From Candidatus Nomurabacteria bacterium RIFCSPHIGHO2_02_FULL_38_15 (GTDB taxonomy: Bacteria; Patescibacteriota; Minisyncoccia; Phycocordibacterales; UBA9973): a stretch of DNA of 35,163 nucleotides. The notes beneath the pieces are model-generated. The model saw nothing but the letters and a program-made list of their open reading frames with translations. It did no database searches and was not told where the DNA came from. The translations under genes and the position numbers were made by a program. Each line of letters starts with the position of its first letter. The stretch's first letter is position 1. The stretch covers positions 1 to 35,163 of the forward strand of contig MFUC01000006.1 in the NCBI GenBank assembly GCA_001785575.1. The letters are read 5' to 3'. Positions 25,243 through 34,500 of this stretch are shown piece by piece.

Positions 25243-25678
25243 TAAGTAATTCTTTTTCTTCGTCTGATAATTCTTGCTCGGTCGACCAATTGTTTACAGG
25301 TTTGGCAAAAACTGAAGTTTTTTCGCGTGCGTAAAGTGTAGAAACAATTACGCCATTGCCATTTTCGTCAAGCAATCGGGTTGTAAAGCTTTGGTTACCC
25401 GATACATCACCCCAAGCATTAAACCTGATGGTTTTGGGTGTGGTTATACTTTTTTTAATTCTGTTTTCGTGGTCGCTTAAAACTTTTTTATTTTGATCAA
25501 AATTTTCGTATAAATCCTCAATGGCTACACGATAGGCAGTTAATATTTCGTCAATACTTTTAGGTTGACCACCCTTGAAAAGCTTTTTTAAACGCACATA
25601 TAAAATTAAGTGCAGTATTAATGTTAGAACTGCTACTGTGCCAATAGCTATAATTATAATAAGTTCTGTCCCCAACAT
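25232..25678 (-). CDS. DUF4446-family single-TM protein
   Basis: The start is chosen at MLGTELIIIIAIG (ATG 25678). RFNAWGDVSGNQSFTTRLLDENGNGVIVSTLYAREKTSVFAKPV matches the DUF4446 pattern as I remember it. It overlaps the infB start by 11 nt. Confidence 0.55.
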   Translation of the reverse strand: MLGTELIIIIAIGTVAVLTLILHLILYVRLKKLFKGGQPKSIDEILTAYRVAIEDLYENFDQNKKVLSDHENRIKKSITTPKTIRFNAWGDVSGNQSFTTRLLDENGNGVIVSTLYAREKTSVFAKPVNNWSTEQELSDEEKELLNER

Positions 25679-25685
25679 AATTGTT

Positions 25686-25714
25686 AGTCTACCACATTTT
25701 TGTTGTCTTTTCAA
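25686..25714 (-). promoter_or_regulatory. Promoter TTGAAA-17-TAGACT, 7 nt upstream of the ATG at 25678
   Basis: The minus strand reads ttgaaaagacaacaaaaatgtggtagact-aacaatt-ATG. It interdigitates with the divergent promoter. Confidence 0.55.
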
Positions 25715-25731
25715 TGTTTTTTTGCTTAAAT
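25703..25731 (+). promoter_or_regulatory. Promoter TTGTCT-17-TTAAAT (TGc extended), 6 nt upstream of the ATG at 25738
   Basis: ttgtcttttcaatgtttttttgcttaaat-caagct-ATG. Confidence 0.45.
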
Positions 25732-25737
25732 CAAGCT

Positions 25738-26931
25738 ATGGGATTTATAAACAAGTTTAAGGCTAAATTCAAGCGCCAAGTCTATGCTGATAATGCTTCG
25801 TGCACCAAGCCTGATAAGTCAGTTTTAAAGGTGATACGCGAGGCTGAAAATTTATTTGCCAACCCAGGTAGTTTGCATCGCCCGGGCGTTTTAGCGCGTC
25901 AAAAAATAGAATATTCACGGTCAATTGTGGCGGGCTTTATTGGGGCGCACAGCGATGAAGTAATTTTTACCACTAGTGGTACCGAGAGCGATAGCTTGGC
26001 TATTTTAGGCGTGATTGAAGAGGCTACAATTTTTGGTATAGAAATTCCACATATTATTATTTGCGAAATAGAGCATTCGGCCATTTTGGATTTGGTTAAA
26101 AAGTTGGAGCAAAAAAATAAAATAAAAGTTAGTTATTTAAAAGTAGATGAAAATGGCTTGATAAATCCAAAAGAACTTTTTGGGCTTATCAATACCGAGA
26201 CAGTCTTAATTTCAGTACATTTAGTTAATAACGAAATTGGTACATTAGAGCCAGTTAAAGAAATTGCCAAAATTGTCAGGCAATATAAAAAATTAAAAAA
26301 CCAAACAACTTATCCATTGGTGCACACTGATGCTGCCCAAGCTACTGCCTACATATCAATCAATATTAACCAACTAGGTGTTGACTTATTATCGTTTAAC
26401 GGCCAAAAAATGTATGGGCCCAAGGGTGTTGGTGTATTATTTGTTAAACGCAACACACCAATTAAAATAGCTTTTAGGGGGACTGAGGCTTTACCGCAAA
26501 TTGCGGGATTGGCCCAAGCTTGCAAAATTACAAAATTACATCAACAAAAAGATTTTGATAATTTAACTAATTTGCGCGAATATTTTATCGAAAAATTAGA
26601 AACAGAGTTTAAAAATATTTGCAGTGTGCATTTGTATGCTAAAAATGTTTTAGTCAGTCCACATATTCTAAATGTAACTTTTAAAAATATTGCCAGTGAA
26701 ACTTTAATTTTATATTTAGATGCACGGGGCATTTACGTAACTGGCAAAAGTGCTTGCAAGTCGGGTGAGCCAGGCGAATCACACGTGCTTGAGGCCTTAA
26801 AACGTGCTAAAATGAATGAATACAAGGAGGGCAGTGTTAGATTTTCATTCGGTCGAGAAACTAAAAAATCTGATGTTGACTATATAATTAAAAGTCTAAA
26901 AGAAATTTTTAAAATCTTAAATATTAATTAA
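25738..26931 (+). CDS. Cysteine desulfurase (class V aminotransferase, NifS/IscS-like)
   Basis: FTTSGTESD, HTDAAQA, NGQKMYGPKGVGVLFV (PLP lysine) and SACKSGEPGESHVL (active-site Cys loop). The start is chosen at MGFINKF. Confidence 0.8.
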   Translation: MGFINKFKAKFKRQVYADNASCTKPDKSVLKVIREAENLFANPGSLHRPGVLARQKIEYSRSIVAGFIGAHSDEVIFTTSGTESDSLAILGVIEEATIFGIEIPHIIICEIEHSAILDLVKKLEQKNKIKVSYLKVDENGLINPKELFGLINTETVLISVHLVNNEIGTLEPVKEIAKIVRQYKKLKNQTTYPLVHTDAAQATAYISININQLGVDLLSFNGQKMYGPKGVGVLFVKRNTPIKIAFRGTEALPQIAGLAQACKITKLHQQKDFDNLTNLREYFIEKLETEFKNICSVHLYAKNVLVSPHILNVTFKNIASETLILYLDARGIYVTGKSACKSGEPGESHVLEALKRAKMNEYKEGSVRFSFGRETKKSDVDYIIKSLKEIFKILNIN

Positions 26932-26934
26932 ATT

Positions 26935-29649
26935 ATGATTCCATCATTTAACCAATTTACAACCAAAGCCAAAGAGACAATCAAAAGGGCTCATGAATTT
27001 GCGATTGAGCGCGGGCAAAATCATGTTAATTCAATGCATCTTTTAGCGGCCATCATGTTTCAGGAAGAAGGCATTGTTTTTTCAATGCTGGAGTCAATCA
27101 ATGTTGACGTTATGTTACTGTCTGATAATGTGGTTGATACTCTTGAGGAACCGACCAGTCAAAGTGTTTTGTCGCAATCGTATCAAATGTATTTGGCCCA
27201 AGACTTGGCCACAATATTGGAAACTTCGCCCGAGGTGGCCAAGTCAATCGGTGAGGAATTTGTTTCAACTGAACATTTATTTTTGACTATACTTGAGGTT
27301 GATTCGCCAGCTTTGGAATTATTAAAAAAGTTTTCAATAGACGCAAAACAAATTAGAAATTTTTTAGCTGAAAATAAAGACAATAAAGATTTAAATAAGA
27401 ATGTAGATAAAAAAAATCGCAACTTAAATAAATTTACGCGTAATTTAACTAATTTGGCGCGGGCCGACAAACTTGACCCAGTCATTGGTCGTGATAATGA
27501 AATTATGCGTGTAATGCAAATATTGTCACGGCGCACCAAAAATAATCCAATTTTAATTGGCGAGCCAGGTACTGGTAAAACCGCCATTGTTGAGGGCTTG
27601 GCTGTGAGGATTGCTAAAAATGACGTGCCTGAATCGCTAAAGGACAAAGAGGTTGTATCATTAGACATTGGCTTGTTACTAGCTGGTACAAAATACAGGG
27701 GTGAATTTGAGGATAGGTTACGTGGGATTATTAAAGAGGTTGAAAAATCTGAAGGCAAGATTATTTTATTCATTGATGAAATCCATACAATTGTTGGTGC
27801 AGGCGCCGCCGAGGGTAGTGTTGATATGGCCAATATGTTAAAACCGGCCCTGGCCCGGGGTGAATTAAAGGCCGTGGGTGCTACAACTTTAAAAGAGTAT
27901 CAAAAATATATTGAGCGTGACCCGGCCCTTGCACGACGTTTTCAGCCTGTGTATATTGATGAACCAAACATTGAAGATGCTGTGGCGATTTTGCGAGGCT
28001 TGAAGGACAAGTATGAATTATTCCATGGTGTGCGTATTACCGACGACGCAATTGTTTCAGCGGTTGAATTGTCGTCGCGCTATATCACTAGTAGATATTT
28101 GCCCGACAAGGCCGTGGATTTGATTGATGAGGCCTCATCAACTTTAAAAATGTCACTTGAAAATAAGCCGGCCGTTTTGGAGGAAGCCGAGCGCAAAATT
28201 ATGCGCTTAGAAATTGAGCGCCAAGCATTGAACAGTGATTTGAGTAAAGATATTGGTATTAGTAATTTGGATGCCAAGCAAACTAAAGACATAAAAGCCC
28301 GAATAAAAGAAATTGAAATAAGTATGGCCGATATTGGCGAAAAGACCAATGAAATTGGTATTCGTTGGAAGAACGAAAAAAGTATTCTTGTTGATATGCG
28401 CGCCATGAAAAAGGAATTAGAGCAATTAAAAATTGAGGCCGAGAACGCTGAAATGCAAAGCGACTTGAGCCTCGCCGCTGAAATTCGCTATGGCAAGATT
28501 CCAAATTTACAAAAAGAGATTGATCAAAAAATTGACAAATTGCGCAAACTGCAAAAAAGTCGCCGAATTTTAAAAGAGGAAATTAATGCCGAGGACATTG
28601 CCAATGTTGTGTCACGCTGGACTGGTATACCACTATCACGCATGCTTGAGGAAGAGCGCGCTAAATTGATGCGCATGGAGGCGGAGCTTGCTACACGAGT
28701 CAAAGGCCAAACTGAAGCGATTGAAAAAATCACCAGTGTTATTCGTCGTAACCGAGCCGGTATTTCAGACCCAAACAAACCAATTGGTTCATTTATATTC
28801 CTAGGCCCAACGGGTGTGGGTAAAACTGAATTAACCAAAACTTTAGCTGAGTTTTTATTTGATGACGAGAAGGCCTTAATACGAGTTGACATGAGCGAAT
28901 ACATGGATAGGCACAGCACTTCAAAACTAGTTGGTTCACCGCCTGGCTATGTTGGTTATGACGAAGCCGGCCAATTGACCGAAGCCGTACGTCACAGACC
29001 CTATTCAGTGGTTTTGTTTGACGAAATTGAAAAGGCTCATCCTGAAGTTTTCAACGTGCTTTTGCAAGTTTTAGATGAAGGTGTACTAACCGATTCAAAG
29101 GGGCGTAAAGTTAACTTTAAAAATACGGTCATTGTTTTGACTTCTAATATTGGTAGCGAGCATATTCAAAAAATGGAAAGCCTGGGCTTTTCAAACGGTG
29201 ATCAAGTTGGTGAGTATAATTTAACTAAAGAAAAAGTCATGGATTCGTTAAAAAATCACTTCAGGCCTGAGTTTTTAAATCGTTTGGACGAAGTTGTAGT
29301 TTTTGATGTTCTTTCACCTGGGGTTGTGCGCGAAATTGTTGACGTGCGTATTGCCGAGATCAGTGAAAGGCTTAAACAAAAAGGCATTAATTTAATTATC
29401 AGTGGCAACGCGGTTGATTTTATGGCACGTGCTGGTTACGACCCGGCCTATGGTGCACGACCATTAAACCGCCTAATTCAAACTAAAATTTTAAATCCAG
29501 TAGCCAACCACATAATTCGTGATGGCGTAAAGCCCGGCGAAAGTGTACTGGTAGATGTTGTGGACGGCCAGCTAGTTGTTGAAACTAAAAAGAAAAACAA
29601 AAAAACTATTTCAAATATTGCAACTAAAAGCCTAAAAGCTAGAAAGTAA
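26935..29649 (+). CDS. clpB: ATP-dependent chaperone ClpB
   Basis: Clp N domain, two AAA+ modules ([30 protein letters not shown]) and a long middle coiled coil (residues ~410-540). The signature [10 protein letters not shown] is present. Confidence 0.95.
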   Translation: MIPSFNQFTTKAKETIKRAHEFAIERGQNHVNSMHLLAAIMFQEEGIVFSMLESINVDVMLLSDNVVDTLEEPTSQSVLSQSYQMYLAQDLATILETSPEVAKSIGEEFVSTEHLFLTILEVDSPALELLKKFSIDAKQIRNFLAENKDNKDLNKNVDKKNRNLNKFTRNLTNLARADKLDPVIGRDNEIMRVMQILSRRTKNNPILIGEPGTGKTAIVEGLAVRIAKNDVPESLKDKEVVSLDIGLLLAGTKYRGEFEDRLRGIIKEVEKSEGKIILFIDEIHTIVGAGAAEGSVDMANMLKPALARGELKAVGATTLKEYQKYIERDPALARRFQPVYIDEPNIEDAVAILRGLKDKYELFHGVRITDDAIVSAVELSSRYITSRYLPDKAVDLIDEASSTLKMSLENKPAVLEEAERKIMRLEIERQALNSDLSKDIGISNLDAKQTKDIKARIKEIEISMADIGEKTNEIGIRWKNEKSILVDMRAMKKELEQLKIEAENAEMQSDLSLAAEIRYGKIPNLQKEIDQKIDKLRKLQKSRRILKEEINAEDIANVVSRWTGIPLSRMLEEERAKLMRMEAELATRVKGQTEAIEKITSVIRRNRAGISDPNKPIGSFIFLGPTGVGKTELTKTLAEFLFDDEKALIRVDMSEYMDRHSTSKLVGSPPGYVGYDEAGQLTEAVRHRPYSVVLFDEIEKAHPEVFNVLLQVLDEGVLTDSKGRKVNFKNTVIVLTSNIGSEHIQKMESLGFSNGDQVGEYNLTKEKVMDSLKNHFRPEFLNRLDEVVVFDVLSPGVVREIVDVRIAEISERLKQKGINLIISGNAVDFMARAGYDPAYGARPLNRLIQTKILNPVANHIIRDGVKPGESVLVDVVDGQLVVETKKKNKKTISNIATKSLKARK

Positions 29650-29664
29650 AATATAAATAAACTC

Positions 29665-29693
29665 TTGAAAAGCACCACAAAACCTGCTATGAT
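29665..29693 (+). promoter_or_regulatory. Promoter TTGAAA-17-TATGAT (TGc extended) for tRNA-Tyr
   Basis: ttgaaaagcaccacaaaacctgctatgat. Confidence 0.6.
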
Positions 29694-29731
29694 GCTTTTT
29701 GTACATGTGATTTAAGTATGGAATTTAATAA

Positions 29732-29814
29732 GCGTCGGTGGTGGAGTGGTCTATCACAACAGACTGTAAATCTGTCGCCTTCGGGCTTCGTTGGTTCGAA
29801 TCCAACCCGGCGCA
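29732..29814 (+). tRNA. tRNA-Tyr (anticodon GTA), long variable arm
   Basis: Acceptor GCGTCGG/CCGGCGC (one G-U pair), anticodon stem ACAGA/TCTGT with loop CTGTAAA, T arm GTTGG-TTCGAAT-CCAAC and discriminator A. No CCA is encoded. Confidence 0.9.
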
Positions 29815-29831
29815 CAAAATAAAAAACAAAT

Positions 29832-29872
29832 AAAAAACCTGCTTGAAAATTTTTCAAAAATTTTCAAGCAGG
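29832..29872 (-). terminator. 16-bp perfect palindrome terminator (usable in both directions)
   Basis: cctgcttgaaaatttt-tca-aaaattttcaagcagg (29838-29872) is preceded by aaaaaa. On the minus strand the hairpin is followed by TTTTTT. It overlaps the stop and last codons of the 29864 gene. Confidence 0.7.
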
Positions 29873-30310
29873 TAGGATTATTTCTATCTTTTTCCAAACA
29901 ACCTCGTCATCGTCACTGGCGTCTTCGTCTGGGTCTATAGGGATTTCTATTATCGAACCTTCTGTAGCAAGAATGACGGTGTAGGCGATATTTTTAGGAT
30001 GATAAATTGTTTTGACCCAGCCGTTCATGCGTTTGTAGGCTCTTCTTTTTAAAAGTATTAGCAACAAGTCCCGTTCTCCACTTTGTTGTGCAGTGAAAAA
30101 CAATGACCCGCCTACATCAATACAATTAGCGTCATAAATAAAATCTTTAATTACTTCAGGCTGGTCTTTTTTATACGTATAACCTCTGGCAAGTTGCAAG
30201 GGTCTAGTTTGAGTGTGGAGCTGAACAAATTGGTCACCCCCCGGTTCAGTCGCAATGCACTTAATCCCTCGGGTTATGGCACCCTTTTTATCAATTGTTA
30301 ATGTTTTCAT
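29864..30310 (-). CDS. Hypothetical protein, 148 aa, acidic C-terminal patch
   Basis: The start is chosen at MKTLTIDKKG (ATG 30310). There is a DPDEDASDDDE patch. No motif recognised. Confidence 0.45.
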   Translation of the reverse strand: MKTLTIDKKGAITRGIKCIATEPGGDQFVQLHTQTRPLQLARGYTYKKDQPEVIKDFIYDANCIDVGGSLFFTAQQSGERDLLLILLKRRAYKRMNGWVKTIYHPKNIAYTVILATEGSIIEIPIDPDEDASDDDEVVWKKIEIILPA

Positions 30311-30398
30311 AGTTAAAGCACGTTTATTTCTAAGCTGACTGTACAGCATTTATAAAATTTTGCAAGAGTTTAAAAGGGTTTGTTTATTTTGGGGTTTA

Positions 30399-30407
30399 TG
30401 CTATATT
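30399..30407 (+). promoter_or_regulatory. Extended -10 TGcTATATT, 9 nt upstream of the rpmG ATG
   Basis: tttatgctatatt-agacagact-ATG. Confidence 0.4.
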
Positions 30408-30416
30408 AGACAGACT

Positions 30417-30578
30417 ATGGCATGGTATAAAGACAAATTGGTAAAACTAATGAATAAAGACACCAATGAGGTGCGTTTTGTTCGTAAAAATAAAAAACAA
30501 GTTCAACGCAAGCTGGAATTGAAAAAGTTCTCAAAAAAGCTTAAAAAACGTATTGTATTTAAAGAGGCTAAAAAATAA
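30417..30578 (+). CDS. rpmG: 50S ribosomal protein L33
   Basis: 53 aa. ...VRFVRKNKKQVQRKLELKKFSKKLKKRIVFKEAKK matches the L33 C-terminal signature (KLELxKF....R.H..xKE.K). The ORF-track start at 30360 is an upstream extension. Confidence 0.8.
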   Translation: MAWYKDKLVKLMNKDTNEVRFVRKNKKQVQRKLELKKFSKKLKKRIVFKEAKK

Positions 30579-30619
30579 CCCCACCCCCTGGCCCCCTCCC
30601 CATTAAAATGGAGAGGGGG
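30579..30619. repeat. GC-rich hairpin element, copy 2
   Basis: ccccaccccctggccccctccccattaaaatggagaggggg shares the CCCCACCCC...CCCCTCCCC...GGAG(A/G)GGGG layout with 8857-8896. Confidence 0.6.
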
Positions 30620-30630
30620 TTTGGTTTTTT
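30592..30630 (+). terminator. Intrinsic terminator of rpmG, formed by the GC-rich element
   Basis: The ccccctcccc / ggagaggggg stem (one mismatch) is followed by tttggtttttt. Confidence 0.7.
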
Positions 30631-30632
30631 AT

Positions 30633-30661
30633 TTCACTTTCGCCAATAAATTTGCTAGAAT
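30633..30661 (+). promoter_or_regulatory. Promoter TTCACT-17-TAGAAT (TGc extended) for tRNA-Trp
   Basis: ttcactttcgccaataaatttgctagaat, 10 nt upstream of the tRNA. Confidence 0.5.
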
Positions 30662-30671
30662 GATGGGTAAT

Positions 30672-30742
30672 GGGTCTATAGTTCAGTGGTAGAATTCTCG
30701 TCTCCAAAACGAGCGACCGAGGTTCAAATCCTCGTGGGCCCG
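30672..30742 (+). tRNA. tRNA-Trp (anticodon CCA)
   Basis: Acceptor GGGTCTA/TGGGCCC (two G-U pairs), anticodon stem CTCGT/ACGAG with loop CTCCAAA, T arm CGAGG-TTCAAAT-CCTCG and discriminator G. No CCA is encoded. Confidence 0.9.
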
Positions 30743-30862
30743 CAAAAATAAGGAGTGAAAAGACTTTTTATTTTTTGCTTGCCCTTTACAGGATCTTCGA
30801 GGTGACGTACTGCAAAGTACGGCCGAGCAAAATAGAGTCAGAAATAACACAAGAATAATAAT

Positions 30863-31540
30863 ATGACTAAAAAAACAAAAAACAGAATAGCGATTTTTGA
30901 AAATAAAGAAATTCGTCGTCATTGGGATGATGAAAAAGAGGAATGGTATTTTTCTGTTGTTGATATTATTTTTGCATTAACAGGCAGTATTAATCCACAA
31001 GTTTATTGGCGTGTTTTAAAGAAACGCCTTATAGACGAAGGCTCAAATGAAACCGTTACAAAGTGTAACGAGTTGAAAATGATAGTCATAGATGGCAAAA
31101 TACGTATTACTGATGTAGCTGATACAAAAACAGTTCTTCGGCTTGTGCAGTCTATCCCTTCGCCAAAAGCTGAACCTTTCAAATTGTGGCTTGCAAGAGT
31201 TGGCTATGAAAGATTGGAGGAAACAGCCGATCCTGAAATAGGCATACACCGAGCATTGAAAACTAAAAATTTAAAAGGATTAAAAAAAGAAAGCTTACGA
31301 GACAATATGACCAATCTGGAACTTGTACTAAATATGCTTGCGGAAACAGCAACTAATGAAATACACAAAAAAGAAAATTCAAAAGGTATGGTAAAATTAA
31401 AATCTGATGCCAAGGCAGGAGGTAGTGTTGCAGGAGGAGCTCGTAAAAAACTTGAAAAGCGTCTCAAGCATCCCATAGTATCAAAATCGAATTTCTTGAA
31501 AAATAAAGAAAATGTAAAGAGTTTAAAAGGTAAAAAATAA
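30863..31540 (+). CDS. Bro-N domain protein, longer paralogue with a C-terminal LRDNMTNLELVLNMLAE module
   Basis: FENKEIRRHWDDEKEEWYFSVVDIIFAL...LRLVQSIPSPKAEPFKLWLARVGYERLEETADPE is the Bro-N-type N-terminal domain. The C-terminal part (SLRDNMTNLELVLNMLAETATNEIHK...GGSVAGGARKKLE) matches what I recall of this family. Confidence 0.7.
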   Translation: MTKKTKNRIAIFENKEIRRHWDDEKEEWYFSVVDIIFALTGSINPQVYWRVLKKRLIDEGSNETVTKCNELKMIVIDGKIRITDVADTKTVLRLVQSIPSPKAEPFKLWLARVGYERLEETADPEIGIHRALKTKNLKGLKKESLRDNMTNLELVLNMLAETATNEIHKKENSKGMVKLKSDAKAGGSVAGGARKKLEKRLKHPIVSKSNFLKNKENVKSLKGKK

Positions 31541-31553
31541 GTTTATAAGCAAA

Positions 31554-34500
31554 ATGGCAAAATCAATAAACAAAATTTTAATACTCTCAGCCTTCCTTTT
31601 TCTTTTTTCCGCAAGTCATGCCTTTGCCGCGAATAGGTATTGGGTAGGGGGAACTGGTAACTGGAGTGACGATGATAACCATTGGTCTACAACGGATGGT
31701 GGTGCTCCAGGTGATGGTAATGTTCCGAGTGGTTCGGACAATGTAATTTTTAATACTAATTCAGGGTCTGCGGATTATACTGTAACTGTTACATCTGGAG
31801 CAACAAGTCTTAATTTAACAGCATCTGCTCCATCTTCAGGTAATTTGACAGTAAATGTTGCTAATACATTTACTGTGAATGGAAGTTTTACATTATATTC
31901 TGGTTTAGTACTTAGTAATGCTTCAACTATTTTGTTTTCTGGCTCTGGCACAACTAAGACGGTTACGATGGCAGGAACTACTTATGCAGGTCGCATGTTG
32001 TTTAACACAAGTGGAGCGAAATGGACTTTACAAGATACATTTTCAATTACAGATGATATTCAATTAACAGCAGGAACGCTGGATACTAACGGGCAAGCTG
32101 TTACAGCTAGAGCACTTTTTACATTTGGCTCAAGCACTAAAGTCCTTACATTTGGAGCTAGCGTAATCACTTTAACAGGATCCTCTGGTTTAGGAAATGT
32201 TGTTGACTTTTCTGGAGGCAATTTGACTGTTAATGCGAACACTTCAACAATTAAATTAACTGATTCTAGTACAAGTACAAAAACAATCGGTGGTAACGGA
32301 AAGACGTTTAATAAAATATGGATAGCTACAGGTAGCACTGGTTCGACAAACATAACTGGATCAAACACTTATGATGAAATTTATATTGATGGTAATGATA
32401 GGATTGTTAAATTTACCGCTGGAACAACTCAAACATTTACATCAGCGGGTCCTGGAATTACAACAAATGGAACTGGCATAACATTGGGTTCTATTACGTC
32501 TGCAACTCACACACTTACAAAGCCATCTGGTACTGTATCTATTTCAAATACAACACTTTCATATTCTGTTGCACAAGGTGGGGCACCTTGGAGAGCATAT
32601 ACTTCTAATACTAATGTTGATGGAGGAAATAATTCAGGTTGGTTTTTTACGCCATTTAGCATTTCAGGAACAGCCAATGGCAACAATGGAGCCACCGTAA
32701 AAGTTGCAATCAATGGCACAGTCCAAGCCCAAACGGGAACAATTGCAAGTTCTGCTTGGAGTATAGCAAGTGTGACTGAACCATCAGTCAACGACATCAT
32801 TACTGTATGGGTTGATGGTGCAACTGCTGGAGATGTTTCAGATGCCAATGAATCAACCGCTGTGACGAAATACAATGCTGGCGATGTGACTGGTATGGTC
32901 CTTAACACTGGAGTTTTGACCGTGGGTAGTAGTCAAAATACAAGTGTGTCCACGACAAATATGACTCAATATGAAAATAGTGATGACGAAGATGTGATGC
33001 ATAGTTCAACGAGTGGAGCATTAACTGTAGATGCTGGGGGTGTATATAGTGGAGAAACATTATCAATATTGGCAAGCAATACTTTAACCGTGGCTAGTGC
33101 ATCGACTGAAACTGTCACGACTGAGAAAATTACTAATGCCGGGACAATTACATCAACAGGTAGTCCGACATATACTTTAACAGGAACATCAGGAACTTTG
33201 TTTACAAATACAGGCACATTTACAGCGGACAGTTCAACTGTAACTATGAATCCTGATGGTGCAGTTACACTTACGTCAGGTAGTATCACATTTTATAATT
33301 TAACCTTAAATCCTACAATTACAAGTAGTCGGGTATATACTTTTGGTTCTAGTGCTTTGGCGATTAATGGAGATTTTAATATTAATCCAACAGCAGGATC
33401 AGCTCTTTCTTTGACTGTGAATGCAGGTGCAAATATTACTGTTGCAAGTGGCAAAACAACAACAATTTCAAGAGCAAATTCAGCTACATCAATCCTTGAT
33501 ATGCGTCCATCAGCATCTGATTATGATTTATCCACTGGTTTATTAAATGTAGCAACTGGTGGAACTCTTGATTTAACTTCTGTGGCGTCTGAAACTGCCC
33601 TGACTTTAACTGCAACATCTGGAACACTATTTACACTTGCTGGTACATTTACAATTACCAGTGGTACACCGACGGTTGTAATGTCAGGTAATGGTGATGC
33701 TACGATCAACTCAGGTGCGATCACATTTTATAATTTAACTTCTTCAGGTACAGGCACAAAAACCCTTGGAGCAGCTATCGAAGCTGGTGGAGCCCTGACT
33801 ATTTCAGCTGGAACTTTTGCTGGAAGCTCATACACCATTACACTTTCAGGTACTGGCACGGTATTTAATAACACGGCGACATATTCGGCAGGAACTTCAA
33901 CAATCAAATTTACAAATAATTCTTCTAGCGCTAAAACTTTTGCTGGTGGTGGTTCGACATTTAATAACTTTTGGTATGCACCTGGATCGGGTACTGGATC
34001 GTTAACAATTACAGGTTCTAACACTTTTGCTGATTTTAAAGATGATGGAACAGCTGCTCATTCAATATTGTTTACAACTGGAACGACTCAAACAGTTACG
34101 ACATTTACGGTTAATGGTACTGCCGGGAATTTAATTACAATCAACAGTACCGATACTGGTACCCATGCATTAGTAAAGTCTGGTGGTGGGACTATTACTT
34201 CAGATTATTTAAGCATTCAACACTCAGTTGCTACTCCAACTTCAACGTGGCTGGCCACCAACAGTACAAACAATCAAGCTGTTACAACTGCCGGCAGTGG
34301 TTGGTATTTTGGAGCTTTTAATGCCAATCCTGATACGCCAACATCTCTCGGTGCCACTGCCTACGTTAACGGCTCACTAGGCAATGACAATACCCCTACA
34401 CTTACTTTTACGCTAGCCGACAGTGACGTAGCCGATACTGTAAAATTCCAAATTCAAATTGATGACAGTTCAGATTTTGCTTCGGCTGTTGTGGACTATA

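Noticed and set aside
27183-27833. 216-aa minus-strand ORF, plus other ORFs at 28080-28919, inside clpB.
   Set aside because: They are antisense to an unambiguous ClpB reading frame, have no start context and give low-complexity Ser/Leu/Ile-rich translations.
30750-30805. AAGGAG followed by a GTG-initiated 16-codon mini-ORF after tRNA-Trp.
   Set aside because: The SD-like site abuts the GTG with no spacing, the peptide is featureless, and SD usage is rare here.
10844-31540. The ~20-kb interval bracketed by the two same-orientation Bro-N paralogues, considered as a composite mobile element or genomic island.
   Set aside because: The interval carries gyrA, infB, rbfA, clpB, rpmG and six tRNAs and has no integrase or transposase. 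The paralogues are better seen as possible recombination substrates than as island boundaries.
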